From Polyangiales bacterium (GTDB lineage Bacteria > Myxococcota_A > Polyangia > Polyangiales > Houyiibacteriaceae): 54,125 bases of DNA. Below are positions 44,145 to 53,289 of the stretch, one piece after another. The notes under the pieces are model-generated. The model saw nothing but the letters and a program-made list of their open reading frames with translations, was not told the origin of the DNA and did no database searches. Where the stretch lies: positions 1-54,125 of the forward strand of contig JBGCFM010000205.1 of assembly GCA_045106895.1 (NCBI GenBank), read 5' to 3'. The number at the start of each line of letters is the position of its first letter. Within the stretch, counting starts at the first letter, position 1. The position numbers were made by a program, and so were the translations under genes.

Positions 44145-46811
44145 TCATTCGTTCGCGACGGTCAGCGAGACGTCGCGACTTTCATCATCGAGCTGTATCT
44201 CCGTGGAGTCGGACGCGCGGAGTCTTCCGCGAATCGCCTCTGCTCGCTTTTGGATCGTGTGGGCTTCTTCAACGCTCGCTGCGCTCTTATCCAACACGAG
44301 GAGTCCCGCGTAGGCTTCCAAAGAAGACGCCAGCTCGATCTCATTTCCGAGGTCCTCGAAGATCTGGATGGACTTCCCAAAGGCGGCCCGCGCCTTCTCG
44401 TGCTCTTCGCCCCCCCAACCTGCGCTGACGGCGATCTCTCCGCGTGTGCGCAGAGCGGTCGCCAGGAACGACTTGGCGCGCGCCTGCTCAAAAAGAAGGA
44501 TCGAAGACGACACATACTCACGTGCCTTCGAGTGATCATGGATGAGCATATGAGCCTTCGCGAGACCACGAAGAATCTCGCCCTCGAGAATTCGGTCCCC
44601 GAGGCTGCCGGATACCTCCTCGGCCTTCTGGAGTTCAGCGATGGCCTTCGCCGGCGCACCGGTTCGGTAGTGGTTCTCGCCGAGGTTCGTGAGAATCACC
44701 GCTTCGCGCATCCGGTCCCCAACGGCACGGGCGTGGGCGAGCGCCTCCTCGAAGAGTTCTTCAGCGCCAACGTGATCGCCGTCGTCCTGGTGAATGGTGC
44801 CAAGGTTGCTCAGCGTTTGAGCGACCCCGGCGACGTCACCGATGCTCCGGCGAAGAACCAACGCGTCATGAAGCGCCTGCTTGGCCTCCACGAAGCGACC
44901 CGAGTCTTGGTAGACGAGACCGAGGTTGTTGTGGCTTAGGCCGAGCGAGCGCGTCGCTCCGCTGAGGCCGGACTCCACGAAGCCTCTCCGCAGCTCCAGC
45001 GCGCGGAGCATAAAGCGCTCCGCCGCCTCGTAGTTGCCACGCATCCAGTGCACCTTGCCGATGTCGTCGATGGAGGACGCGACGCCCCGCTCATCACCGC
45101 TGGAGTCGAAAAGCGCCTGACCTGTGCCGAGGTGCCGCATCGCCTCGTCGAGGCGTCCTGTGCTTCGATAGAGCCGGCCGATGCGGTTATGTGCGACGCC
45201 GCCTTTGGCCTTCAAATCGAGGCGATAGGCGAGCTCAAGCATCTGCCGAAACTGCAGGAGGGCATCATCGTTACGACCCGCGAGCTGCAGAACATCTCCG
45301 TAGGCGTGGAGCGCGTGCATTCGGCCGCGGACATCATTGGCTTCGTCGAGGAGTTCGAGCCCTCTGCCGAGAAACTCAGCGGCCTTTTCGTTGGCGTGAC
45401 GTGTTCTCGCGAGGTTGCCGGCCTCGAGAAAACAAGCGGCAGCCTGGCTCGCCTGACCACCTTTTTCGTAGTGATGGCCCAACATCGCGAGCTGTTCTTC
45501 GCCTCGCTCCGGAATACGAAACTCCAGCCACTCCGCCACAACCCGATGCAGCCGTTTTACCTCTACGTGGTGCGTCAGCGTGCTTAGGGTTTCACGCTCC
45601 AAGTTGTGCTTGAAGGCGAACTCCACCTCGCCCGGAAGCGAGGAGTCCGGCAACGAGAGAACGTAGTCGCGGCGTGCCAGGTCAAAGAGCATCTGCTCGT
45701 AATAGGTGACAAGGCTCTCATGTCCGCCCCAGAGCTCAGGAGCTGGCGATCCCACGCGGGAAAGGGTCACGAGTCCACCGAGCCAGAACACACCGCCCAT
45801 CGTCGCGGCCTTTTCAAGGAGCTCGCGTTCGGCCGGAGTCAACGCGCTGATTCGCGCGCTGATGGCGTCTTCGACGGTGAGCGGCAGCGTCGCGTTTGGT
45901 AGCCGCTCTGTGTCTGCGTTCCAGACGCCTTCTTCGTCGATGGAGAGGACGCCTGCGTCCAAGTACGCGTGAATAAACTGTTCCAGGAGATAGGGGGTGC
46001 CGCCGGCAGCGTGAACCGCGGAGTCCACAAGCTCCGCCGGAACTTCGCCCAGAGGTCCTTCGGCCAACGGCTCGAGAAGCCGGTACAAGAGACTCGCGGC
46101 GTCATCTCCAGAGAGGGGCGCAAGGTCGATTCGGAAGTGCCGCTCGCCGCCTGAGCTCAGCCAGGTGGAGCGCCTCGCGACAAGCTCCGGCCGCGTCGAG
46201 ACCACGATGAGCACGGGCACACCTTGGAGCGCCGAGGCGAGGTACTCCATGAGGTCGAGGAAACCATCATCGGCGGCGTGCAGGTCCTCGATGAGAAGAA
46301 CGAAGGGACGCTTGGCGGCATCTGCCTCAAACCAACGGCGGAGAACCGAGCGACTCAGCGTCGCGAAACCTTGGGGGTCATCCTCTACGGCCTTGGTGAA
46401 CTCTGACTCCACGAAGGGCAGCCCAAGGTAGCTCCCGAGGAAGTGGAGGAAGTCTGCGCTCGCTGGCACACCGAGGGTCTCTTCCACCGCTTCCTGAAAA
46501 CGGGCGCTCGCGTCGGCGACAGCTTGCCCTTCGAGAAGGCCAAAGCGTGCGCGGAGCAGCCTCTGAACGATGCCGAGGGCGGGCATCCCTTCGCGGCACT
46601 GGGAGCGACCCACCAACACTCTGCGCTCGCGTCCACGGATTCGAGCGGCGAACTCATCGAGCAAACGAGTCTTTCCGATGCCGGGGCTTCCGATGATCGT
46701 CACGATCTGAGCTTGTGATGTCGCAAGCGCGCGGCCGAAGGCCTCGTCCAGCTCGCGCATTTCCGGCCCACGACCCACCAATGCTGCACCCAAGTTCAGT
46801 TTGTTCTTCAT
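44145..46811 (-). CDS. AAA_16/STAND-like ATPase with a C-terminal TPR array
   Basis: LVGRGPEM, Walker A GSPGIGKT, Walker B LLIEDLH, GGTPYLL, FAFKH, multiple TPRs (HNRIGRLY, HNNLGLVY, LSNLGTIH, LTNLGENH). Confidence 0.9.
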   Translation of the reverse strand: MKNKLNLGAALVGRGPEMRELDEAFGRALATSQAQIVTIIGSPGIGKTRLLDEFAARIRGRERRVLVGRSQCREGMPALGIVQRLLRARFGLLEGQAVADASARFQEAVEETLGVPASADFLHFLGSYLGLPFVESEFTKAVEDDPQGFATLSRSVLRRWFEADAAKRPFVLLIEDLHAADDGFLDLMEYLASALQGVPVLIVVSTRPELVARRSTWLSSGGERHFRIDLAPLSGDDAASLLYRLLEPLAEGPLGEVPAELVDSAVHAAGGTPYLLEQFIHAYLDAGVLSIDEEGVWNADTERLPNATLPLTVEDAISARISALTPAERELLEKAATMGGVFWLGGLVTLSRVGSPAPELWGGHESLVTYYEQMLFDLARRDYVLSLPDSSLPGEVEFAFKHNLERETLSTLTHHVEVKRLHRVVAEWLEFRIPERGEEQLAMLGHHYEKGGQASQAAACFLEAGNLARTRHANEKAAEFLGRGLELLDEANDVRGRMHALHAYGDVLQLAGRNDDALLQFRQMLELAYRLDLKAKGGVAHNRIGRLYRSTGRLDEAMRHLGTGQALFDSSGDERGVASSIDDIGKVHWMRGNYEAAERFMLRALELRRGFVESGLSGATRSLGLSHNNLGLVYQDSGRFVEAKQALHDALVLRRSIGDVAGVAQTLSNLGTIHQDDGDHVGAEELFEEALAHARAVGDRMREAVILTNLGENHYRTGAPAKAIAELQKAEEVSGSLGDRILEGEILRGLAKAHMLIHDHSKAREYVSSSILLFEQARAKSFLATALRTRGEIAVSAGWGGEEHEKARAAFGKSIQIFEDLGNEIELASSLEAYAGLLVLDKSAASVEEAHTIQKRAEAIRGRLRASDSTEIQLDDESRDVSLTVANE

Positions 46812-46869
46812 GTTCTTCCCCCGCGCCTGACCTATCTTACCCGCCGCCGGAAGCATGTCAGAGCGTGCG

Positions 46870-48537
46870 TTAGCGCAATCCCACCAGGCGGATCCAGTCT
46901 TCGCCGTCGCGTGTCTCCACCACCAGGATGTCCTGTCCGTCACGCCCGCCCAGGACGACACGGCCGCTTCTCGCTGTCATCGCCATCGGTGCACAAAAGC
47001 CTCCGCTCTCGCTCCAGCACGGCGCCGGAACCCGGGGCGCGCTCAGGCTGTCCTCGTCCCACACTTGCACGCGAATCTCGCCGCCCGCGGAGTGCGCGAT
47101 GAGGAGACCGCTCTCCAAGAAAGCGACGCGAAAGGCGCTCACGGCAGGAATCGAGATTGTCTCGCACGACACGTCGCAGCGAATAATGTGGAGTGTGTCG
47201 TCGGCGATCCCCCCGAGGGCCGAGCGATTGCTATCAAACGCGACGCTGCGCTCAGTCAGCGGCGGCACCTCGATTTGTTCCGACGTCGTCCCTCGGAGCC
47301 GCGCCACTCCGCCGCTGATACCCGCGAAGACGGTGTCACCCGCGGGCATGAGCCACGTCGCGTTCCTCGCCCGAACCAATCCGGAACCGTCCACGAGCTG
47401 ACTATCGTCGTCGATCCCCCACAGCGCGTCCGCTGCCCCCCGGACGAGATACGACACTGGTAGGGAGCGTGGCGACGCCACGGTCTCGCCGGCGAGAGGA
47501 CCAGGTTCTTCCCCTGCAGACCCCGCGGGAACGGTCTCCGACAAGGCTGAGCGCGCAAAGCGCACGACGGCGACGCCGGTTTCCCTTCGGGCCGCCACCC
47601 AGAGAAAGTCGTCGGAGATCTGAACGCTTGAGGGAATGCTGCCAGCGGGGTGTGCGCGCAGATAACGGGGCTCCGGCGTCTCGACCGTCGAGTCTTGGAG
47701 CCAAGCCGCGCCCATGCTCCGCTGCGCGCAGCTTCCTTCGCAGCGCTCCTCCGGTGTAGCCCAGATGATCCATGGCTGTCCCTCATGGAAACGTACATCT
47801 CGAATGAGCGTCTGGCGGCGCATGCGCCGGGGATCCAAAGCACCGGCGGCCACGCGAACCCAGGAGATACCGCGGGCGTCGAGCGCGAGGACCGCGACAC
47901 CCTCGGCATGTGTGCGCATTTCAAGAGCGGCGCTTGGGGCCGCCTGAAGTGGAACTCTCTCAGCTCGCGCGCTCCGGGGCGACGAGGAGAAGCGCACGCA
48001 GTGGTCGAAGATATTCCCCTGAACGTCTGCCGCTTCCGACCAAAGCGTAAGCGCCGCGATGACGCGCTGAAGCGCCAACCACGGACGCTCCGGTGTGCGA
48101 TCCACTGGCGCGTCGTCGACGGCTTCAAGCTCCCGCGTCGCCATTGCGACGGCGCGACGGACCTCCCCCTCGGCATGTCGCGTGGATGGAAAAAGCCAAA
48201 ACACATCGTCTGGCGCCAAAGACTGAAGCAAACCGCGGCACTCCAGGAGCCGACCTTTCCTGGCCTCGTCGGCGTAGTGCTCCGGGGCGTCGTCGGGAAG
48301 CGCCAAACCGGGATCGTCTGTCGCTTCTCCACCCAAGAGGCACGCGGCGTAGCGAGCGAAGGCCTGTTTTCCGACCTCTGCCCTCCTTCGGCCGCGTAGA
48401 TATGGCAAGCCGACCAGCGCCGCCAGAATGAGCACGTGGCCCACGAAGGCAAAAAGAAGCAGGCGACGGCCTTTCGTCGTTCCTTTCCGAAGCGCTTTGG
48501 CCTCTTCCTCGAGGGACAGTTCTCCCTCAACGGCCAT
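46870..48537 (-). CDS. Hypothetical membrane-anchored protein (helical region plus beta-rich, possibly propeller, C-terminus)
   Basis: Single N-terminal TM (LLLFAFVGHVLILAALVGLPY), paired Cys, terminal Asp-box-like ETRDGEDW. Confidence 0.7.
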   Translation of the reverse strand: MAVEGELSLEEEAKALRKGTTKGRRLLLFAFVGHVLILAALVGLPYLRGRRRAEVGKQAFARYAACLLGGEATDDPGLALPDDAPEHYADEARKGRLLECRGLLQSLAPDDVFWLFPSTRHAEGEVRRAVAMATRELEAVDDAPVDRTPERPWLALQRVIAALTLWSEAADVQGNIFDHCVRFSSSPRSARAERVPLQAAPSAALEMRTHAEGVAVLALDARGISWVRVAAGALDPRRMRRQTLIRDVRFHEGQPWIIWATPEERCEGSCAQRSMGAAWLQDSTVETPEPRYLRAHPAGSIPSSVQISDDFLWVAARRETGVAVVRFARSALSETVPAGSAGEEPGPLAGETVASPRSLPVSYLVRGAADALWGIDDDSQLVDGSGLVRARNATWLMPAGDTVFAGISGGVARLRGTTSEQIEVPPLTERSVAFDSNRSALGGIADDTLHIIRCDVSCETISIPAVSAFRVAFLESGLLIAHSAGGEIRVQVWDEDSLSAPRVPAPCWSESGGFCAPMAMTARSGRVVLGGRDGQDILVVETRDGEDWIRLVGLR

Positions 48538-48728
48538 ATTGAGGGATTTTGCCTATTTCTGCGGGTTCGGCCAGCTCCGGAACAAGTCTTGGTGTTCCGT
48601 TGTCTGGTTCAGCACAAGGCACAGCTCTGCGGGGTAGCCGCCAAGGGTCCACGTGACTATGCTCTCGGACAGACTCGCTCACGCCGACGTCAACTTTTCT
48701 GCATTTTTCCAAAGCGCGAAATCAACTC

Positions 48729-51700
48729 ATGGACCTCCTCTCTCGGCTCTGGAAGCCACTCTTGGCACTCGCCGCCGTCATCGTCGCATTCACGATCACG
48801 TTCGTTTGGCCTGGCCAAAATGGCCTCGACATCGATATCGACGGGTCCCAGCGCGCCCAGGCCGCGCGGAACCAGACGCCCTACGACCTGACGCAGCTGC
48901 AGGTCCTCAATCGGGCGATCCTTGAGGTGAAGGACCACTACGTAGAGCCCGAACGCATCGACTACGGCCGCATGCTCCTCGCCGGCCTCAACGCGATCCA
49001 GCGGTCCGTGGCGCCCGTGATGGTCGCGTACGAAGAAGGACAAGACGAGCTCTCCGTTCAGGTTCAGGGGGAACAACGAAACTTCTCCGCCACCGCCGAC
49101 AGCCCCTGGACGTTGGCCCGGCGCTTCCGCGAAGTATTCGAGTTCCTTCAGGAAAACCTCGACGACGAGACCGTCGATCTTCGGGACGTCGAATACACCG
49201 CGGTCAACGGCATGCTTCGCACGCTCGATCCCCACACCATTCTTCTCACGCCGGACGTGTTTGAGGAGATGCAGATGTCCACCCGCGGCGAATTCGGTGG
49301 CCTCGGAATCGTGATCTCGATTCGCGACGGCCATCTCACGGTCATCAAGCCGATGCCCGGAACCCCTGCGGAGCGCGCGGGCCTTCAGCGCATGGATCAG
49401 GTCGTGAAAATCGGTGACGAATCCACGCTGAACATGCCCCTTACAGAAGCCGTCGACCGTCTTCGCGGACCGCCCGGCTCGCCTGTGAGCGTGTGGATTC
49501 GCCGTCGAAACGACAATGGCCAGTATGGCAACCCGCGGCGCGTGGAGCTCGTTCGCGCGATCATCCACATCGACAGCGTCGAGCACCGAATGCTCGGCGA
49601 CAATATCGGGTACGTCAGCATCAACAGCTTCCAGGGCAACACCCATGAGGATCTGCGTCGCGCTCTCGCCGACCTTCACACCCAGGGTCTTGAAGGACTC
49701 GTCCTGGACCTCCGGGACAACCCCGGCGGCCTCCTGGATCAGGCCGTTCGTATCAGCGACACGTTCCTCCAGAGCGGGACCATTGTCACGACCTCCTCCA
49801 ATGACCCCCGACAGCGCGACGAGAAGTTCGCTCACGCCGAAGGCACGGAACCAAACTACCCCATGGTGGTCCTCGTCAACGGCTCCAGCGCATCCGCTAG
49901 CGAGATCGTCGCCGGCGCCCTCAAGAACCACGACCGTGCGCTCATCGTGGGTCAGCGCAGCTTTGGTAAGGGATCCGTTCAGGTCCTCAACAGCTTCCAA
50001 GACGGCTCAGCCCTCAAGCTAACCATCGCCCAGTACCTCACGCCCGGTGACGTCTCGATTCAGGGTGTTGGCATTCTCCCGGACATCGGAATCGACCCGA
50101 TGACCGTCGACACCGAGGACATGGACCTCGACATCGACCCGGACTCCTACTTGCGCGAGTCGGACCTGCGCAGCGCGCTGACAAACGAACGCGCGGCGGA
50201 AGTCGAGCGCCCCGCCGAGGTCCTCCGTTACTACTTGAGTGGTGAGGACCGCCAAGCCCTTCGCGAAGCGGATCCGCAAGACCAGGAGAACCAGGAAGAG
50301 GATGAGTTCCTTCTTCGTTTCTCCCGAGAGCTCCTGAGCAACGCACAGCGCGCCGGACGCCGCGAAATGCTCGAAGACGCTCAGCCCGTTCTCACCGCAG
50401 CACGCGGACGTGAACTTGGCGCGGCCGTCGCGGAACTCCAACGCCTCGGCGTCGACTGGGACGAAGGCACCGACCAAGGCGCCTCCGCAACCCGCGTCGA
50501 GGTCAGCACAAGTGGTGGAGAAACGAATACAGCCCGCGCCGGTGAGGCCTTCGAGGTCCGCGTTCGCGTGACCAACGAAGGAGAGCACCCGCTCTTCCGC
50601 CTCCGAGCAGTCACCAAGAGCGACAACCGTCTCTTCGATGACCGTGAGCTCGTGTTTGGCCGCCTCAACCCGGGCGAGACGCGCGAATGGACGGCCACAT
50701 TGGGCGTCTGTCGAACGCGAGACGGTGAACGCGCCTGCCGCCTCCCCCGCGACACCCCCTTCCGCGCTGATGGCATCCGCGTCGAGTTTACCGAGGAATA
50801 TGGTCACGCGCCGGAGGCGGCTGAGATTCGCACGACGGTTCAGGCGCTTCCGCGTCCAGTCTTCTCCTACGCAGTCCATATCGCCGACGACGAACGCGGC
50901 AACGGCGACGGGGTCATGCAGCGCGGTGAGCGGGGCAGCCTCTACCTCCATGTTCGAAACACCGGCGACGGTGCGTCCTTCGAGACCCACGCCAACCTTC
51001 GGAACCTCAGCGGGCGAGGCGTTTTGCTTCACGCCGGTCGTTTCCGCATCGACAACATGGCGCCCGGCGAAGAGCGCGTGGTCCAGTTTGGCTTTGAGGT
51101 CCTCAGTGACTTTGAGCGCAACGACGCGAAGTTGGAGGTCAGCATCATCGACGCTGATCTGCGAGAAGCATCGACTGAGAAGCTGGAGGTTCCGATCGCT
51201 GCGGACGGCGAGGCCCCGACCGAGGCACGCGGCCACTTTGTCGTCGCTGACGGCACCGTGCTTCGTGCGAGCCCTGGAGCAGACGCGAGCGTCGTTGCCC
51301 GCGTCAGCGGCGGATCCCTGAGCTTGCCTCGAACGGCAACGAGCGGCGCATTCACCCGCGTGACCCTGGCCGAGGGAGAGCCTGCGTGGGTCCCAAGCTC
51401 CGCAAGCGGAAGCGGGTCCGGTGGCCAGGTCTCCATCGTGATGGACCGAGTCCCGCCTAGCGTGGGTCTCAGCGGAACGCCGGACCTCGTCACCCGCGAG
51501 TCCTCCATTACGCTCCGTGGCGAAGCTCAAGACGACGAGCACGTGCGCGATATGTACATCTTTGCCGGCGCTCGAAAGGTCTTTTACCAGTCGAATGCGG
51601 ATGGCGAAAACCCGCGTTCGCTCCGCTACGAGGCACCGATTCCACTGCATCCTGGCATCAACTACGTCACCGTCTTCGCCCGCGAAAGCAACGACGTTAT

Positions 51701-51800
51701 CTCGCGTCGTATGATGGTGATTCGCCGCGACGGCCCTCAGGGAGAGCTCCTTGAGACGCCTCGTTTCGACGACAGCATCTTCGGCGAGAGCGCTCACTAG
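48729..51800 (+). CDS. Long S41 carboxyl-terminal processing protease (MXAN_5808-like)
   Basis: LDPHT, GEFGGLGI (PDZ), LDLRDNPGGLL, SASASEIVAGAL (catalytic Ser), FGKGSVQ, long Ig-like C-terminal extension. Confidence 0.92.
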   Translation: MDLLSRLWKPLLALAAVIVAFTITFVWPGQNGLDIDIDGSQRAQAARNQTPYDLTQLQVLNRAILEVKDHYVEPERIDYGRMLLAGLNAIQRSVAPVMVAYEEGQDELSVQVQGEQRNFSATADSPWTLARRFREVFEFLQENLDDETVDLRDVEYTAVNGMLRTLDPHTILLTPDVFEEMQMSTRGEFGGLGIVISIRDGHLTVIKPMPGTPAERAGLQRMDQVVKIGDESTLNMPLTEAVDRLRGPPGSPVSVWIRRRNDNGQYGNPRRVELVRAIIHIDSVEHRMLGDNIGYVSINSFQGNTHEDLRRALADLHTQGLEGLVLDLRDNPGGLLDQAVRISDTFLQSGTIVTTSSNDPRQRDEKFAHAEGTEPNYPMVVLVNGSSASASEIVAGALKNHDRALIVGQRSFGKGSVQVLNSFQDGSALKLTIAQYLTPGDVSIQGVGILPDIGIDPMTVDTEDMDLDIDPDSYLRESDLRSALTNERAAEVERPAEVLRYYLSGEDRQALREADPQDQENQEEDEFLLRFSRELLSNAQRAGRREMLEDAQPVLTAARGRELGAAVAELQRLGVDWDEGTDQGASATRVEVSTSGGETNTARAGEAFEVRVRVTNEGEHPLFRLRAVTKSDNRLFDDRELVFGRLNPGETREWTATLGVCRTRDGERACRLPRDTPFRADGIRVEFTEEYGHAPEAAEIRTTVQALPRPVFSYAVHIADDERGNGDGVMQRGERGSLYLHVRNTGDGASFETHANLRNLSGRGVLLHAGRFRIDNMAPGEERVVQFGFEVLSDFERNDAKLEVSIIDADLREASTEKLEVPIAADGEAPTEARGHFVVADGTVLRASPGADASVVARVSGGSLSLPRTATSGAFTRVTLAEGEPAWVPSSASGSGSGGQVSIVMDRVPPSVGLSGTPDLVTRESSITLRGEAQDDEHVRDMYIFAGARKVFYQSNADGENPRSLRYEAPIPLHPGINYVTVFARESNDVISRRMMVIRRDGPQGELLETPRFDDSIFGESAH

Positions 51801-51876
51801 GAACTCGTTGTGGAACGGGCCATCTGAACTTTGCGCGTTTTTGGGGCGCATGCGGATCTGGCGGTAGGTTCTAGGG

Positions 51877-53289
51877 GTGCTCCATTCCGCACCCCAAAGC
51901 GCCTCCGCGGCGCCTGTGCCCCTTCAGCGCTGCCCGACGTGTGGGCGACGCGCGCGTGGAAGGGAATGTGAGCATGATGGAACCGAGCTTGTTGCCCTAA
52001 GTCGCGACGCCTTGCTCGGCGAAGTCCTCGGCGGCGCCTACCGCGTTGCCGCTCCCCTCGCCCGTGGAGGCATGGGTCGGCTCTATCGCGCCCGCCACGT
52101 TCGGCTCGACCGCGACGTCGCCGTCAAAGTCCTCAGTCCTGACTTTGCGGAGAATGAGCTCGCCCTTGCGCGTTTCTTTCGGGAGGTTGAAGCCCTCGCA
52201 CGTATTCGAAGTCAAAACGTGGTGCGTGTCCTCGATGCGCTCCAGACTCCAGACGGCCGCCCTTGCATCGTCACCGAGCTCCTCGAGGGAGAGGACCTTC
52301 AGAAGCGTGTTTCACGCCAAGGTACCCTGCCCCTCGGCGAGGCGTTGTCCATCGCCCAAGAGCTGACCGAAGCGCTCATGGCGGTTCACGCCGAAGGGGT
52401 TCTTCATCGTGATCTCAAACCATCCAATGTGTTTCTCTGTGACGATGAGCAGGTTCGGGTACGACTGCTGGACTTCGGTGTTGCCCGTCTTGAGGAAGAA
52501 GGTCAGCTGACGCGCACCGGCGCCGTCGTTGGAACACCTGCGTATATGGCGCCGGAGCAGGTGCGTGGCGCTGTTCACGCCGATGTACGCGCCGATGTAT
52601 ACGGAGTTGGTGCGATTCTGTACCGCGCTCTGACGGGGCATCCGCCCTACTCGAGCGGTCCGGCGGTCACGGTGCTCTCCGCCGTTCTCGAAGGAGCGCC
52701 CGTCGCGCCGAGTGTTCATCAGCCGGAGATGCCCCTCGATATCGAGGCGCTCATTCTCCGCGCCATGGCCCGAAAAGCCGACCAGCGCTTCGAGTCAGCG
52801 GAGGCGCTCCTTGAAGCCCTCAGGCCCCTCGTGCAGAAGTATCAAGCGCCGACGGTGGCCGCTTCGATGCCTGGCCGTCACGCTCACTACGTCGCCGCGA
52901 GCGTGTGTGCGGGTTCCTTTGGGCTCGCCGCTGCGGCGGAAGCCACAGGCGATGCGTCGTTGGCGGTGTTGGGTTTAGGCACCTGCGCGTTCGCATGGCG
53001 TCTGGCCAAGCTCCCCGCGCGGTGGCTGAACGCTGGAATGTACGGGGTCGGAGGCTTCTATCTCGCCTTTGGGCTGGTGACCGCGTTGACCGCGGCGGGC
53101 GCACCGGAGTCCTTGCGTGTGCTCGCGCCGCTCGTTGGCGGCGTGGTCGCCATGGCTCAATGGATGCGTTCAAAGACGAGTTCACCGTCCCGCGCAACGC
53201 AGGCGGAGTGCACGGCGAGCACGATGATCCCGTCCTCATCGGAGAGGGTCCCGGCGAGCCAACGAACGCCGGCTCGCGCGCGCAGCTGA
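51877..53289 (+). CDS. Hanks-type Ser/Thr protein kinase with an N-terminal Cys knuckle and C-terminal TM helices
   Basis: CPTC...CEHDG, ARGGMG, VAVK, HRDLKPSN, DFG, GTPAYMAPE, DVYGVG. Confidence 0.93.
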   Translation: MLHSAPQSASAAPVPLQRCPTCGRRARGRECEHDGTELVALSRDALLGEVLGGAYRVAAPLARGGMGRLYRARHVRLDRDVAVKVLSPDFAENELALARFFREVEALARIRSQNVVRVLDALQTPDGRPCIVTELLEGEDLQKRVSRQGTLPLGEALSIAQELTEALMAVHAEGVLHRDLKPSNVFLCDDEQVRVRLLDFGVARLEEEGQLTRTGAVVGTPAYMAPEQVRGAVHADVRADVYGVGAILYRALTGHPPYSSGPAVTVLSAVLEGAPVAPSVHQPEMPLDIEALILRAMARKADQRFESAEALLEALRPLVQKYQAPTVAASMPGRHAHYVAASVCAGSFGLAAAAEATGDASLAVLGLGTCAFAWRLAKLPARWLNAGMYGVGGFYLAFGLVTALTAAGAPESLRVLAPLVGGVVAMAQWMRSKTSSPSRATQAECTASTMIPSSSERVPASQRTPARARS

